Assembly: GCA_949358305.1 (NCBI GenBank)
Contig: OX442314.1
Location: 10,478,001-10,542,000, forward strand
Reading direction: 5' to 3'
DNA length: 64,000 nt
Origin: Strigamia acuminata
Lineage: Eukaryota
A program made the position numbers and the translations under genes. The notes below the pieces were generated by a model. It was not told where the DNA came from. It saw only the letters and a program-made list of their open reading frames with translations, and did not search any database. This document shows, piece by piece, positions 25,641-37,913 of the stretch (position 1 is the stretch's first letter; the number at the start of each line of letters is the position of its first letter).

Positions 25641-26586
25641 GTGCCAATTTGCATTGATTCGTCTAATTTTGCCGTTATTGAAGCCGGTCTCAAATGTGTT
25701 CAAGGAAAATGCATCGTTAATTCAATAAGTTTGAAAGAAGGGGAAGATGATTTTGTTGCAAAAGCAAAAATTATTAAGAAATTCGGTGCCGCTGTTGTCG
25801 TGATGGCATTTGACGAGTTGGGACAGGTGAAATTGATACTTATTTTAACCTTAATGATTTTTTAAAACTGATTTTAATGATTTTTTCAATGATTTTTCAT
25901 GATTTTTCATAAATTTTCACGATTTTTCATAAATTTTTTATGATTTTTCCATGATTTTTAATGACTTTTAATGAATTTTTAGTGGTTTTTAATGATTTTT
26001 TAAACTGCAGGCTGCAGAAACTGAAAGGAAAGTCGAAATTTGCACCCGTTCGTACAAAATTTCAGTCGAAAAAGTCGGGATTTAATCCAAACGACATCAT
26101 TTTTGATCCAAATATATTAACAATTGCGACTGGAATTGCGGAGCACAATTCGTACGGCTTGGAATTCATATATGCCTCGAAAATAATCACAGTAAAGAAT
26201 AAGAAAATTGCTTAATTTTGGCGCTTTTTAATCGACTTCATTTCAGAAAACACTTCCGGGATGTCGTATAAGCGGTGGAGTGTCGAATTTCTCATTTTCC
26301 TTCCGCGGTTTGGAAGTAATTCGCGAAGCAATGCACTCGGTCTTTCTATACCACGCGATTAAAGCCGGAATGGACATGGGAATCGTCAACCCTCCCAGTT
26401 TACGACGACATCGAACCCGAATTATTGAAGTTGTGCGAGGATTTGTTATGGAATCGCGACCCTCAAGGGACCGAAAATTTGTTATCCTACGCGCAAAAAT
26501 GCGACAAAAGGATCAAAGATGTCGCTAAAACGGACGAATGGCGAAACGATGATGTCGAAGTGAGACTGGAGCATGCCCTGATAAAG
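25641..26586 (+). pseudogene. MTR: Three-exon fragment of cobalamin-dependent methionine synthase (pterin-binding/cap region)
   Basis: [75 protein letters not shown]. Frameshift near 26078 and deletion near 26390; no flanking MTR exons found. Confidence 0.92.
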
Positions 26587-27299
26587 GTAATTTGCTTTTA
26601 TTTTTTATTTTGTTACATTTTATTTATGTTTATTTAACCTTGGACGAACACTAGTGTGGTGGCCCTGATGCGCCACCTACAAATTGAAAATTGAAAAACT
26701 AAAAATTATATTTTGTTTTGGTCGATGCTATAAACAATACTAGACGCTAAACAATAATCTGTCACGCAATTTCGTCTCGCTCAGCACAAGGCGAGGTAAA
26801 CAGCAAGATTTTGCTGTTCGACATGCTGTGTTAGTTCGTTTTTCATGTTATTTAATTCGCGTTTGATTTCCAAAAGGTTGGTTGGTTTCATAAACACGGG
26901 ATTAACATTTTCGCGAATTTCTCAGCAAGTTTGAATTCATATTTCTTTAAAAAATGATCCATTTATTGTCTTACCTTATGTTTGGCACCATTTTAAGCCT
27001 ACTATAAGCCTAGTTCGAAATGTATTTTCTTCCATATTTCTTCAGTTATGTGGCGGTTGATTATTTATTTGGCAAGAATATTATTTGGTGGGTTTTGGTG
27101 ATTTTTCAAAGTTTGGTTTGAATTTTTCATTTGAAATTGAATTTGTCTTGTGGGTTTTCGTGATTTGTAATGGCATTCGGCATTCTTCGTGACATCAAGT
27201 GTTTAGTTTGGGATTTGATTTCTGAAACCTGGTTTTTATTTTCAAAGTGATCAGTGGCTCAGAGGATGGTCATAAATTTCTAAAATGACATTTTCAAGC

Positions 27300-27565
27300 A
27301 AAGAAAATGTATTTTTAGATGGAAAAAATGCATTTACAAATGGGAAAAAATGCATTTACAGATGGAAAAATGCATTTACAGATTTAAAAATGCATTTACA
27401 GATGGAGAATTGCATTTGCAGATGGAAAAATGCATTTACAGATTTAAAAATGCATTTACAGATTTAAAAATGCATTTACAGATTTAAAAATGCATTTACA
27501 GATTTAAAAATGCATTTACAGATTTAAAAATGCATTTACAGATGGAGAAATGCATTTGCGGATGG
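27300..27565. repeat. 20-bp tandem repeat (gatttaaaaatgcatttaca)
   Basis: About 13 tandem units. Confidence 0.9.
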
Positions 27566-28019
27566 CTTTTGCAGGTGTATTGACATCGTACATCAATTTT
27601 TTGTGTTTGATTTTTTTATTTCTGTATTCAAATTTCTATTTTTCTATTTCTTGAGTTGTAGTATGAAGAATATTTTAGGCAAAAATTGAGATGTAGTTCT
27701 TAATCTTTCATGCTTTATACTGTCATATGGACTGACATTCCAACTGAAATGATTTCTCTGAACAGCATAGGACGGTTTTGCATCATATCTCTTAGAATTC
27801 TAATAAGGATTAAGATTAAGTGAAATTGAAATTGAAATCTCCTCTTTGACTCATGTCTTCTGCGTCTACATTTCTTCAACCTGGCATCCTGTTTTTTCCA
27901 GTTTATGCAGTTGTGGTTTTTTTCCTCAGCCTAACCTATCTTTAAGGTTGCATATTTGTAGTTTTTTGTTACTGTAGTTTTAACTCCTCGCCTGTTTGCA
28001 ATATAAGCTTAGAAAACGT

Positions 28020-28145
28020 GTTGCAGTATTGGAGTATAGAGAAAGTAATGAAAAGCCCAGCCAAAGACCCAGCTTTTTACCAAAGTCAAGTCGGAGAGTA
28101 GACTGAAAGTCAACTTTATTGAGGATCTTTTTTCTTTCATCTTCA
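28020..28145 (-). pseudogene. DEG/ENaC channel TM2 fragment
   Basis: Removing a 5-bp tandem duplication (gactt) gives SLLSDFGKKLGLWLGFSLLSL, which matches the LLSDxGGxLGLWxGxS TM2 signature. Confidence 0.6.
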
Positions 28146-31100
28146 GGTCGTCTTCTCCATTTTATTTATGTTTATTTAATCTTGGACGGAAACTAGTGTG
28201 GTGGTAATGCATCTCTTGACGGCCGCCAAAACCAATAAAACAACTCTCTCCCTAACTGTTCCTCCTCATTTATTCGTCCGTGATTGCTCATTTGCTGGAG
28301 GACAAACTTGGACAAATTTGTCCAAGGTCTAAAACACTCGTATGGGGTGTATTTGTGACAACTTCCCCGAATTTTATAAAAAAAAATGTTGTCTATATAT
28401 ATTATACTGAACATTTAAATTAAATACTCTCAAATAAGTACAATAATGGCTATCGCCATTAAACCGCCCCCAATATAGCTAATAGTTGCTTCTACTGATG
28501 TGAAATTTACGGGAAATATCACCTCTACAAACTCGTGGAACAATACAGAAATCTCACGGGTATAATTTAGCCAAACTAATGCTAAAATTAAGTTTTGTAT
28601 GTGAGACCAAACTTTCATTGCTTTAAATTCTGCGAGCTAATCAAATAAATGACAAGATGGCGGTGGAAGTGCAGTCATCCAGACTTCTATTCTGGCTTGG
28701 TTTGTCTATGGTTATTAACAATGTGGCTATTGTCTTGCTTAAAACCAATACTATTTCCTTGCTCGACTTCTTTGGGATAGGTATATTTTTGTTGATTTGA
28801 ATATAAACTTCAATGATTAAACTCGACTATACCTCGGTCACTCCGGTATAAAATACTAAGGCTTGATCGGTGAGGCGTTGATGCTGTCAATGATTGTGTA
28901 GTGGTGTTTGAATGTGTCTTTTTCGGTTTGTGTAGAACTGTGTAGACTAGGGAACAGGAAAAGATTATTTCTAATCTCTTATAATCCATTCTTATCCGCC
29001 TCGTTATTTTCAAATAAATGGTGTGTACTTATTTAAAATAAACAATAGATATTTATTAAACATACAAATGAATTTACATGAATAGTCAAGAAATTGAACT
29101 AGTGTGACCAGCTGTTCACTCAGCCTGTGTCACTTCACTGCGACACACGGCGCTTCCAAGCTCTCGCGCACCTCGTGTTTCTCGTGCGCGACCTGGCGCG
29201 GTCCCCCGCACCAGGTGGAGCTGTCGGTCGTTGGCTCCGGCCAATTGGGAACCGGAAGTGCCCCTTCCGGAAGTGGTGGGCCCCGCAGTAGCCCGACAGT
29301 TGATTCTTGACCAGCATGGCGAACGGTCGCTTTCCGACCTTCTTCGCAATGCCGATCGTAGTTGAGACCCGAAGGACCGACGCAGCAATGCTGTCGCCGG
29401 TCGGGACCTGAGCGTCCAACACGCCGTGTTCGCCGCACGTTCGTAAGAACGTTGCGACGACGCGGCACAAACTGCGTAAAACCGATCTCGCGTGTCATGG
29501 CGATCTACCGATTGCCGTGACACGTGGTCAATCAGGAATAGCGGCAAAACCGCTATTACATTTGGGAAATACACCTTGAGACACCATATCATACCCCTAG
29601 ACAACAATAAAGTAATAACCAAAACCTAAACTTGTGTCTTTCGTGTATTTCGTGGATTTAATCATCGTGTGTGTTGCGTCCAGCGCCTCGCGGTCCTCCC
29701 CAGACCACGTGGCGTCCGTCCGAACACTCACAATTGTGGGCCCGTCCGAGATTTTGAACTCTCTGGCGAAAAATTTTTGTTTACTGATGGTGCAAAACAC
29801 CATATTAGACAAATCTCTTTTCTTTCAAAAGAGGGGGAAACTTCTTTGGTCATGGTTGTGACAGGGGGTCAGCAAGCGAAACGGCCGCTAATCGCTGACC
29901 ATTGGACCCTGATTTGACAAAAATTTTTGGCTGTGCATGTCCAGCTTGCCTGGGTAATGGCAAGCAGGGACTTACATTAGCCATACTTTCCAAAAGTCTC
30001 CTATTTTTCTCTAGCTCAGCTTAAACAACTGGGTGGTTGGGAGGGGAATATGATTCTGAACCTTGCTTTTATTTTTATTTTCTTGGTGCGAAGCCCATGT
30101 AAAGTAATGGCACTATAACTGCAGAGTTTTGAACCTGATTAGAGGAGGAGGCGCGTTGGTGGCCACCAACAAGCCAAAACCCACAGGGGATAGGCGGTTA
30201 CGCTAAAACCAATGCGGGCATAATCCAATTGCCACACTGCAGCCAATGGTTCCATTATGGGCCGGGCGAGGAAGCGTTGCAATGAACTGAGCTTTGAGCA
30301 CAAAGACCTTTTGAAGACCGGGGTATTACCCGGTATCCAGGTTGCTATTACGGGGAAGTTGCATGGCATGGAACACTCAGGATGCACTGAGCGGTTGTCA
30401 ATAAATGGGATCCGGGTAGCAGCGAAGTGCTGGCAAGCATGGGAAAAGTGGCTTGGAGGTTGCTGTGGCGATTCATAAGCTCTGAATTGCCCTGCTGCTG
30501 CTTAAAGTGCTGAAATACCAAGTTCATTCCGTTTAATTCCTACCCTGTCCCAAGTACTGGTCAGAAACAGTTGCAAGTTGGTGTACACAACCTAAGAACT
30601 GTGGAGACTGGGACTTGGACAGCGGGGCGGGCTGCCGGAGGTACGGGGATACCGATGGTGAAGTGCCCAAATGATACAGAGAGCTCGTTAGGGCGTAGGA
30701 ACGATATCTGTATATTCAGGTAGCTACCAGCTTTGAAAAAAGACTGGGAATCTAGCCTGTAACTTTATTTTCAATATTTTATTCACTTTTTTTAAACTTT
30801 TCGAGTTGTTACTGGTTGTGTAGAGACTGTGCTCGAACCACAGTTTTAAAGCAATCTTTGCAATTTGGAAACTTTATTTTTTTATTTACACTTATTTCAT
30901 TTTTCTTTCTCTTCAATTTTTACTTCTCTATCTATTATTTTCATGGTTTCCTTGGACTCCACACCTGACAGTAGATATCATTGCAATTGAATACAAGTAT
31001 TTCATGCCGGGCGGTATACAGCACCAAATGGAAGGTGATATGGCTTCGAGATGGCAGCTGAAGGGTGGGACCCAGGGAGACTAGGGACAACAGGTGTGTT

Positions 31101-32235
31101 TGCCTTCTACTTTTAAAACATATCTGATTGTCCCAAACAAACAACCACTTCATTGGGATGAGCAGACATTCCAGTGTAGGCACGTTTTCTGTCGAGAAGG
31201 CAGCCTCGTGCAGACTGAGGTGAAGGCCTCAGCGTAGGCGAGCGGGCGCAATTGCTATTTTCTTGGGGCAGAAGGAGAGAACTAGTAATATCCCTGTTTA
31301 TTTCTGCAGACTTCTGCTAAAAATTGTAAGTTTTGGGGTGATTTTCTTTAGGAAATTCACACATCTTTTATCATTTTTCATTGTATTTTTTTCTTATCTT
31401 TCTTCTTTTTTTGGAATTCTACTTCTTTGTTGCAAAACAATAAAGTTGTGGGATTATTTTGTGTATTCTACTTCTTTGTTGCAAAACAATAAAGTTGTGG
31501 GATTATTTTGTGTATTCTACTTCTTTGTTGCAAAACAATAAAGTTGTGGGACTAATTAACGCTTTTGCGTGTCACCTTACCGTTGTTTTAACAATGGTAA
31601 AAACCATTCGTTTGGTAATGTCGAAGCTTTTGGGACATGATTTGAGTGCTTTTAAAAAGTACAAAAGTCATGTTTCTTTGGAATCAGACCATTTATGATC
31701 TGGTTCTATGGCTTCTAGTACCAAACAATCACCTTCTGTTGTTTTCAAAATGTTGGTTTTTCTGCAAAAACAGAAATAATCAAATCATTTTTTGTGGTCA
31801 AAGTTTTTATTTTTTCAAAAACCAAAGATGGCGACCTGGAAACAATAGGAAAACCATGTGGAAATCTAAGATTTTTCCAGAAATTCTGGAATTTCGAGAA
31901 ACTAAAAGTTTTTGGAACTCTGGGAAATAACTTCTGGGAATTTCGAACCAATCACGTGATTTATGGGGATAATGGGGGGGAGTGACATCACTAATCCCTC
32001 CCCCATGAATGGCTAAAATTCACAACATCGCTGACCTCTAATTGGTTGCAAACTAATCCTTTGCGTCCATTTTGTTTTTCTGCGGACCTGTCTTCTGGCA
32101 CAGTTCGGCCAATGCCACACACCAGATCAGGCAAGCCCACGTGGAAATCGCCAAGCGACCAAAACCGTTACAAGAGAAGAAGATTCCGACGCCGATTCGA
32201 ACGATTCATCCCTGAATTTGACAATCGAAGAAGAA

Positions 32236-33420
32236 ATGGCGAATGGAGGTAATAAACCGTTGGATCAAGCAATGCTTGAGACGACATGTGAAATTTTCGA
32301 TCTAAAAATTGAAAATATTACCACGTACGCTGTATGGGAAAGCGCGCTGCTTGCAGTGGCCAACCGTACAGTGGAAATCGAACATGAAGCTGATGTTGCA
32401 AAACGACAATCAGCGGACCTTTCCGCAGAAATTGACGACCTAACCAGCCGTCTCAAAGAAACGGAAATAGCAAATCAAACCCATTTGCGATCAATAAAAA
32501 CCTTGTCCGACCTGTTAACCCAACAGAAATCAGTCATGGACAACGTGACAGCGGCGGGCCAAGCAATGGTCGAAGCCGACAAAGTGGCGACCGCTGCAAA
32601 AACAGTTGTGTCGTGCACACATTCAAGCCAACCAGTAATTGTGAACGGCAATACGCAAAACGTAACACCACAAGCAGTTACTACAAATCCGACTTTTTTG
32701 GCCTGGGTTAATACCATCGGCCAAGGAGTAGACAAACCATTAGGCGACTTTAAACCCAAAGACGCGATAACAGTATCACGCACTTTAAGCAATTTTGAAT
32801 TGAGTAAGCGCGTGAATGCCATCTGTTTGGAACCGTTTCTCGGTAACAAAATGGAAGCTCACGACTTCTTAATGGATTTGAAAGGGGCTCTTGCTTTTGC
32901 AGAACCTTCTATCAACCAGGTGCTCAAAGAGCATCTATTTAAGTTTTTCAAAGAAGAAGCAGGAACATGGTTCTCTTTGACTGCTAAAAATACTTGGCAA
33001 GAATTTGAGAGCGATTTCCTCCTACATTTTAGGCCAAGCGACGCATTGTTACTGGCTGAAATAGACAAGATGCAACAGGCATCACATGAGTCTGCCACTC
33101 AAGTAGTGTTCAGATTGGAGAGGTTGTATACACAGCTGGCTATCCCGGTCCATGAGAGCCTACAACTCCGTAAAGTTTTGACTATTTTGCGACCGGCGGC
33201 AAGAGACATGGCACGTGCTGCATTACATGCGGAATTTACGTGGACATCTCTCAGAAAAGCTTGTGTAGCAACAGAAGCTTCGATCCTTAATGAGGAAGCG
33301 ATAGCAACTTCAAAAGTTGAGAGAACAAGACTGTTTTTTCAAACTTTGATGAAACATACTGGATTGCTTGTGTGCCTTTCAGTTTGTGTAATACATCTTG
33401 TGCATTTTAGAGGACGATAA
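32236..33420 (+). CDS. Gag (coiled coil plus retrotransposon capsid domain)
   Basis: EPFLGNKMEAHDFL...EAGTWF...TWQEFESDFLLHF...MQQASHESATQVVFRLERLY, a capsid / major-homology-region pattern. Confidence 0.8.
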   Translation: MANGGNKPLDQAMLETTCEIFDLKIENITTYAVWESALLAVANRTVEIEHEADVAKRQSADLSAEIDDLTSRLKETEIANQTHLRSIKTLSDLLTQQKSVMDNVTAAGQAMVEADKVATAAKTVVSCTHSSQPVIVNGNTQNVTPQAVTTNPTFLAWVNTIGQGVDKPLGDFKPKDAITVSRTLSNFELSKRVNAICLEPFLGNKMEAHDFLMDLKGALAFAEPSINQVLKEHLFKFFKEEAGTWFSLTAKNTWQEFESDFLLHFRPSDALLLAEIDKMQQASHESATQVVFRLERLYTQLAIPVHESLQLRKVLTILRPAARDMARAALHAEFTWTSLRKACVATEASILNEEAIATSKVERTRLFFQTLMKHTGLLVCLSVCVIHLVHFRGR

Positions 33421-34183
33421 ACAAAGTTCTAGAAACTGCACAGAACATGGACTCTTGCCTGAATTTGGACATCATCATTTATGATTGAGTCCATGACAGA
33501 GCTCCTCCAAGATCTAGGTGAAATTGAATCGATGGCTAGCACATTGAAACCGTTTTTCCTATGCCCAGAGAAGATTGATTTTTTTTTCTTTTCTCGATTT
33601 ATGACTGAGTCTAATGGGAGTTATAACCCAAAAATGACAAAGTCCAAGCAGATTCTGACTGGATGCTGACTACTCTTTGTTGCAATGCGACAAGGATTGT
33701 TTTTTTTATCTGCGCACCAACGCGGTTAAATTTATTTGTTGCAAAACAACGATAAAAGTCTCTGGTTTGAAAATTTAGAAGTTCTTTGGACACGATTTCG
33801 TGCCTTTTTAGGGCACAAAAGTCATGTTCTCATGGAATCAGACCAATATTTGATCTGGTTCTGAACTTCTAGTTCCAAACAAATTTCTATTTGCTTTCAA
33901 AAAATGTTGCTTTTCTTCAGAAATGGAGAAATTTTGGCATTTATTTGGTCAATATTGTTGGTTTTTCGTAAAAATACAAAATGGCGACCAGGAAACAGTG
34001 GAAAAAACATGTGGTGATCACAGATTTTTCGGGAAAGATTTGATTTTCAAAGGTTTTTTCGAAAATCGTGGGATCTCTGAGAATTTAATTCCACAAAATT
34101 AAATAAATTCACTACCAATGAGAGAACAGGGGGGGAAGTGACATCCCTAATCCCTCTCTCATGAACAATTACACTCACTACAA

Positions 34184-34970
34184 ATGAAAGTTGTTAGACC
34201 TGTGGTGGCAGACATTTTTAAAAAAGGAATGTCCCACGAGGTGAAAACAGCAGCAGTCAGAAGAAATGCATCTGCATTTGAGTTTGAGAACCAATTTGCA
34301 GAAAGAATTATGCTGTCTCTGCCTGATTCGCTCGCACTTTGTCACCCTTACGGATGCAAAAGTAGCAGCTGGCTCGAAGCAGTCTTTCTGCAAATGGATG
34401 ACCAAGATGCTTTGTTTTAAAGACTAAGTTAGTTGTTTTTGTAAATAGGATGCTGAAAAGCACAGAAAGCAACTGCAGCACCACGAATTAGGAAATATGG
34501 TGAGCACTCAGATACGAATATTTGAGGTCACCACACGCTAAAAATCCACCCCTTGAGAAAAATAGCTATACCATTAGCTACGTCTCGCAAAGACCTTTTC
34601 AAAGAACCAGGTATAATCACTAAAGTGACCAATACAAATGGTTTTACAACATTGTGAAAACTCAGGAGATATTGAAGTCCCTGAAAATCAACCAAGGGAT
34701 GCTGAATTGACAACAAAATTGCCAATTTCAACACAACCTTTGAATACTGGAGTAACAACTAAGTTGCCAACTCCAGCACGACCAAAAAACGCCAGTACAG
34801 CAACCAAATTGCTAATACCGGCGCAACCATTGAATATTTTGAACCAAAATGTGGTTTTACCTTCGCCAAATGTAGTTGCACATCAAACTACAAACACTTG
34901 GCCGAAGTCACAACAAATTTCCGGTCGGCCTCAAAGAATTCGAAGACCACCGAGAAAACTGCTCGACTAA
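34184..34970 (+). pseudogene. Heavily deleted pol remnants
   Basis: AFEFENQF...MLSLPD...LEAVFLQ resembles the RT connection / RNase H start; RPQRIRRPPRKLLD* resembles an integrase C-terminal tail. No YxDD or DDE core found. Confidence 0.55.
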
Positions 34971-34991
34971 CCACCAAGGAAAAAGGTGAGG

Positions 34992-35897
34992 ATGTCGAAC
35001 AAAAATTCGTCATCCAAAACCCAATCACAAGTAGCGATCCCGAGCAATAACTCGATGATCAATACGAAAACTTTGGCAGAAAAGTCGAGCAAAAACTCGA
35101 CAATTAAACCAATTAACAAAGGAAGTGGGTCAAAAACCCCTTCCACACTCGAAAACCCAATGGCAAGTTCTATGGAAACTAACATTTCCACAGAGCTGCT
35201 GGAACTTCGTTTGGCTGTCCATACGGAACATCCAACTTGGAGTGAGAAAGAAGTAAAAGACGAAGCCAAAAAGCGTCGTCAATTACGAAAATTGGCCGAT
35301 TACCAACGGCACACAAACGCCACCGCCAATACCAGGTCAAAAACACCGGCGGCGGCAACAATCACGAGCGAGACAGCCAAGACTGTTTCACCAAAATTAA
35401 AACCGACGGAGAAAACTCCGGAAGAATTGAAAGGGATTTGGAGCCAAAAATTACCTGCCCCACTTCTCCCTTTATCATCGACAGCCCCAACCGAGGCTTG
35501 AAATGTCACAAACTCGTTCGTTTTCCCAACGGCGAGCTCACCGCTGCAACCAGCAAGCGAACTGCTCGCTGCCGCACCAGAGACATCGACAGCTGTCGAG
35601 ATGCCACCAATATCCGGCGATGTCCCGACAGATCTCGTTTTTGGCGGCGACGCTGAGGTCACGCCGATGATCATTGAAGATGTGGACACAACGATCCAGG
35701 TGCCAGAGCCCGAAGAGAGTTCTGCGCCGAAGTCGAAGTCCATCGCCGATGAGAATCGGGAAAAGAGAGCGCGCCGCCACCAGACGAAAACGCAACGAGG
35801 ACTGGCAGAGAATATGTCACCGATTCGCCAGGAAGAGATAGATCAACTCGACGAATTGCCAGTGACGCCCGGAAAGTCGTTGGAGCCGAAAGAGTGA
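34992..35897 (+). CDS. Additional ~300-codon ORF3 of the LTR element with one internal TGA
   Basis: ORFs 34986-35501 and 35601-35897 share a frame and are separated only by TGA at 35499-35501. The product is S/T/P/K-rich with no TM segment. Confidence 0.55.
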
Positions 35898-37913
35898 AAT
35901 CGAAGAGTCTCGTCCAGGTCTCTTTAGACCTACAACAAGTGTTTTTATTGTACAACTACAAGTTTTTTCACATTTATTTTATTTTCAACTTACCTTTAAA
36001 GTTTTTACATTAAATAACCACGAGTTATAAGTTTAAATTCAAATAACATTTTATTCATGTTCAAAATTTACAAAGTGTTTTTTTACAAATTATTTATTAT
36101 ACAGTGTATTTCAAATTTTCTGTTTTTCATCCTAGGGGTAAGTGTGGTCCTTGAGTGTGTGTTTCCCGCAGTGTTTTCCTGTAAAAAGAGAAGTAATATA
36201 CAATTAACTTTTCAAACCACTTTCGTGAAGTGTGTTGTCAGTTCTCCTTCTAAGAATTACCTCTTTTTAGGGGGGGGAGATGTGACCAGCTGTTCACTCA
36301 GCCTGTGTCACTTCACTGCGACACACGGCGCTTCCAAGCTCTCGCGCACCTCGTGTTTCTCGTGCGCGACCTGGCGCGGTCCCCCGCACCAGGTGGAGCT
36401 GTCGGTCGTTGGCTCCGGCCAATTGGGAACCGGAAGTGCCCCTTCCGGAAGTGGTGGGCCCCGCAGTAGCCCGACAGTTGATTCTTGACCAGCATGGCGA
36501 ACGGTCGCTTTCCGACCTTCTTCGCAATGCCGATCGTAGTTGAGACCCGAAGGACCGACGCAGCAATGCTGTCGCCGGTCGGGACCTGAGCGTCCAACAC
36601 GCCGTGTTCGCCGCACGTTCGTAAGAACGTTGCGACGACGCGGCACAAACTGCGTAAAACCGATCTCGCGTGTCATGGCGATCTACCGATTGCCGTGACA
36701 CGTGGTCAATCAGGAATAGCGGCAAAACCGCTATTACATTTGGGAAATACACCTTGAGACACCATATCATACCCCTAGACAACAATAAAGTAATAACCAA
36801 AACCTAAACTTGTGTCTTTCGTGTATTTCGTGGATTTAATCATCGTGTGTGTTGCGTCCAGCGCCTCGCGGTCCTCCCCAGACCACGTGGCGTCCGTCCG
36901 AACACTCACACTAGAATAAATCTTAGGTGACCGTGGAATCACCACAGTTGTTTGACACGGAAACGCTGGGATGCGTTGGGTTCACTTCCGTGATTTTTTT
37001 GTTGTTTTCGCGACTTTTGTTTACACGCGGTGTCGAAAGAGATTGGTTTGGCATACTTTGTTGTATTGCTCCCAAATAAGTAGAATAATAGCGGTAGCCA
37101 TCAAACCTCCCCCATTATAAACAACCGTCGCTTTGGACAGAAATAAAAAGAATCTTTCTACAATTTTCACTTTCTTAAAACTTCTTGGGCTAACCTTCCG
37201 ATTGTCTTTCTGTTTGTATTTATATTTCTTTTTCAATGTTCCCGTGGCCCGACCTATCCAGATTTCCCGGTGCTAAATTTCTTTCCAGTCCAGCAAGTGG
37301 GCGCGGCTCGTGCTCCTTGTATTTCTTCGTCCTAGGTTAAAAATAACCTGTGAATTAAGTTTTTTTCTACTCTAAAAAAATTATCTTTCAATACATACTT
37401 AATCGGTGAACTGTCCCGAAGCATATAATATGAAGCTTATAAATTTGCAAATCCCGCGAAAAATAATAACGCCAAACGCATACAGTACACTTATTGTAAT
37501 GATAAACAAAACGAACAAGAAAATGTACTATAATAAATATATATTTTTATTTTTTAATATCAAAGGGATAACATGGAACTTCTCTGCAAGGCTTCTTGCA
37601 AGTTAAACACTAAAAACAGGGATGGGGGGTGGCCACAAGCCACTTTAGCTAAAGAAGGTCACTAGGGGAGTGACCACAAGTAGCCATAGGACTAAATCAA
37701 ATGTAAACAATTAATAAACCTAAATAAATTATCTGACTTCATAACAACATGACAAGAAATTGATAGTGGTGTAATTTAAAAATGTGTAATGAGCCAACAC
37801 AATCGTGTAAATGGCGATTTATATCACTTTATATTTCAATTTTAATCCTGCTGAAAAAAATTAAAAATTAAATTTCCGTAAATAGTGATGGCAATGAGTC
37901 GCATGAATAGTAG

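Larger units (their letters stand above)
29103..36910 (+). mobile_element. Non-autonomous Gypsy-type LTR retrotransposon, 7.8 kb
   Basis: 630-bp LTRs at 29103-29732 and 36281-36910 (TG...CA), 4-bp TSD CTAG, tRNA-like PBS at about 29735-29761, PPT AGGGGGGGGAGA at 36269-36280. Confidence 0.95.

Noticed and set aside
26800..27290. Possible LINE ORF2 relic on the minus strand
   Set aside because: Only a vague motif resemblance with many stops; not supportable without a search.
26618..28204. ~45-bp direct repeat (26618-26663 and 28160-28204) as element termini or Helitron ends
   Set aside because: No TSD, TIR pair or hairpin-plus-CTRR terminus could be defined; treated as a duplication junction.
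35499..35501. Selenocysteine or programmed read-through at the ORF3 TGA
   Set aside because: No SECIS or read-through context recognised; a simple nonsense mutation is more parsimonious.
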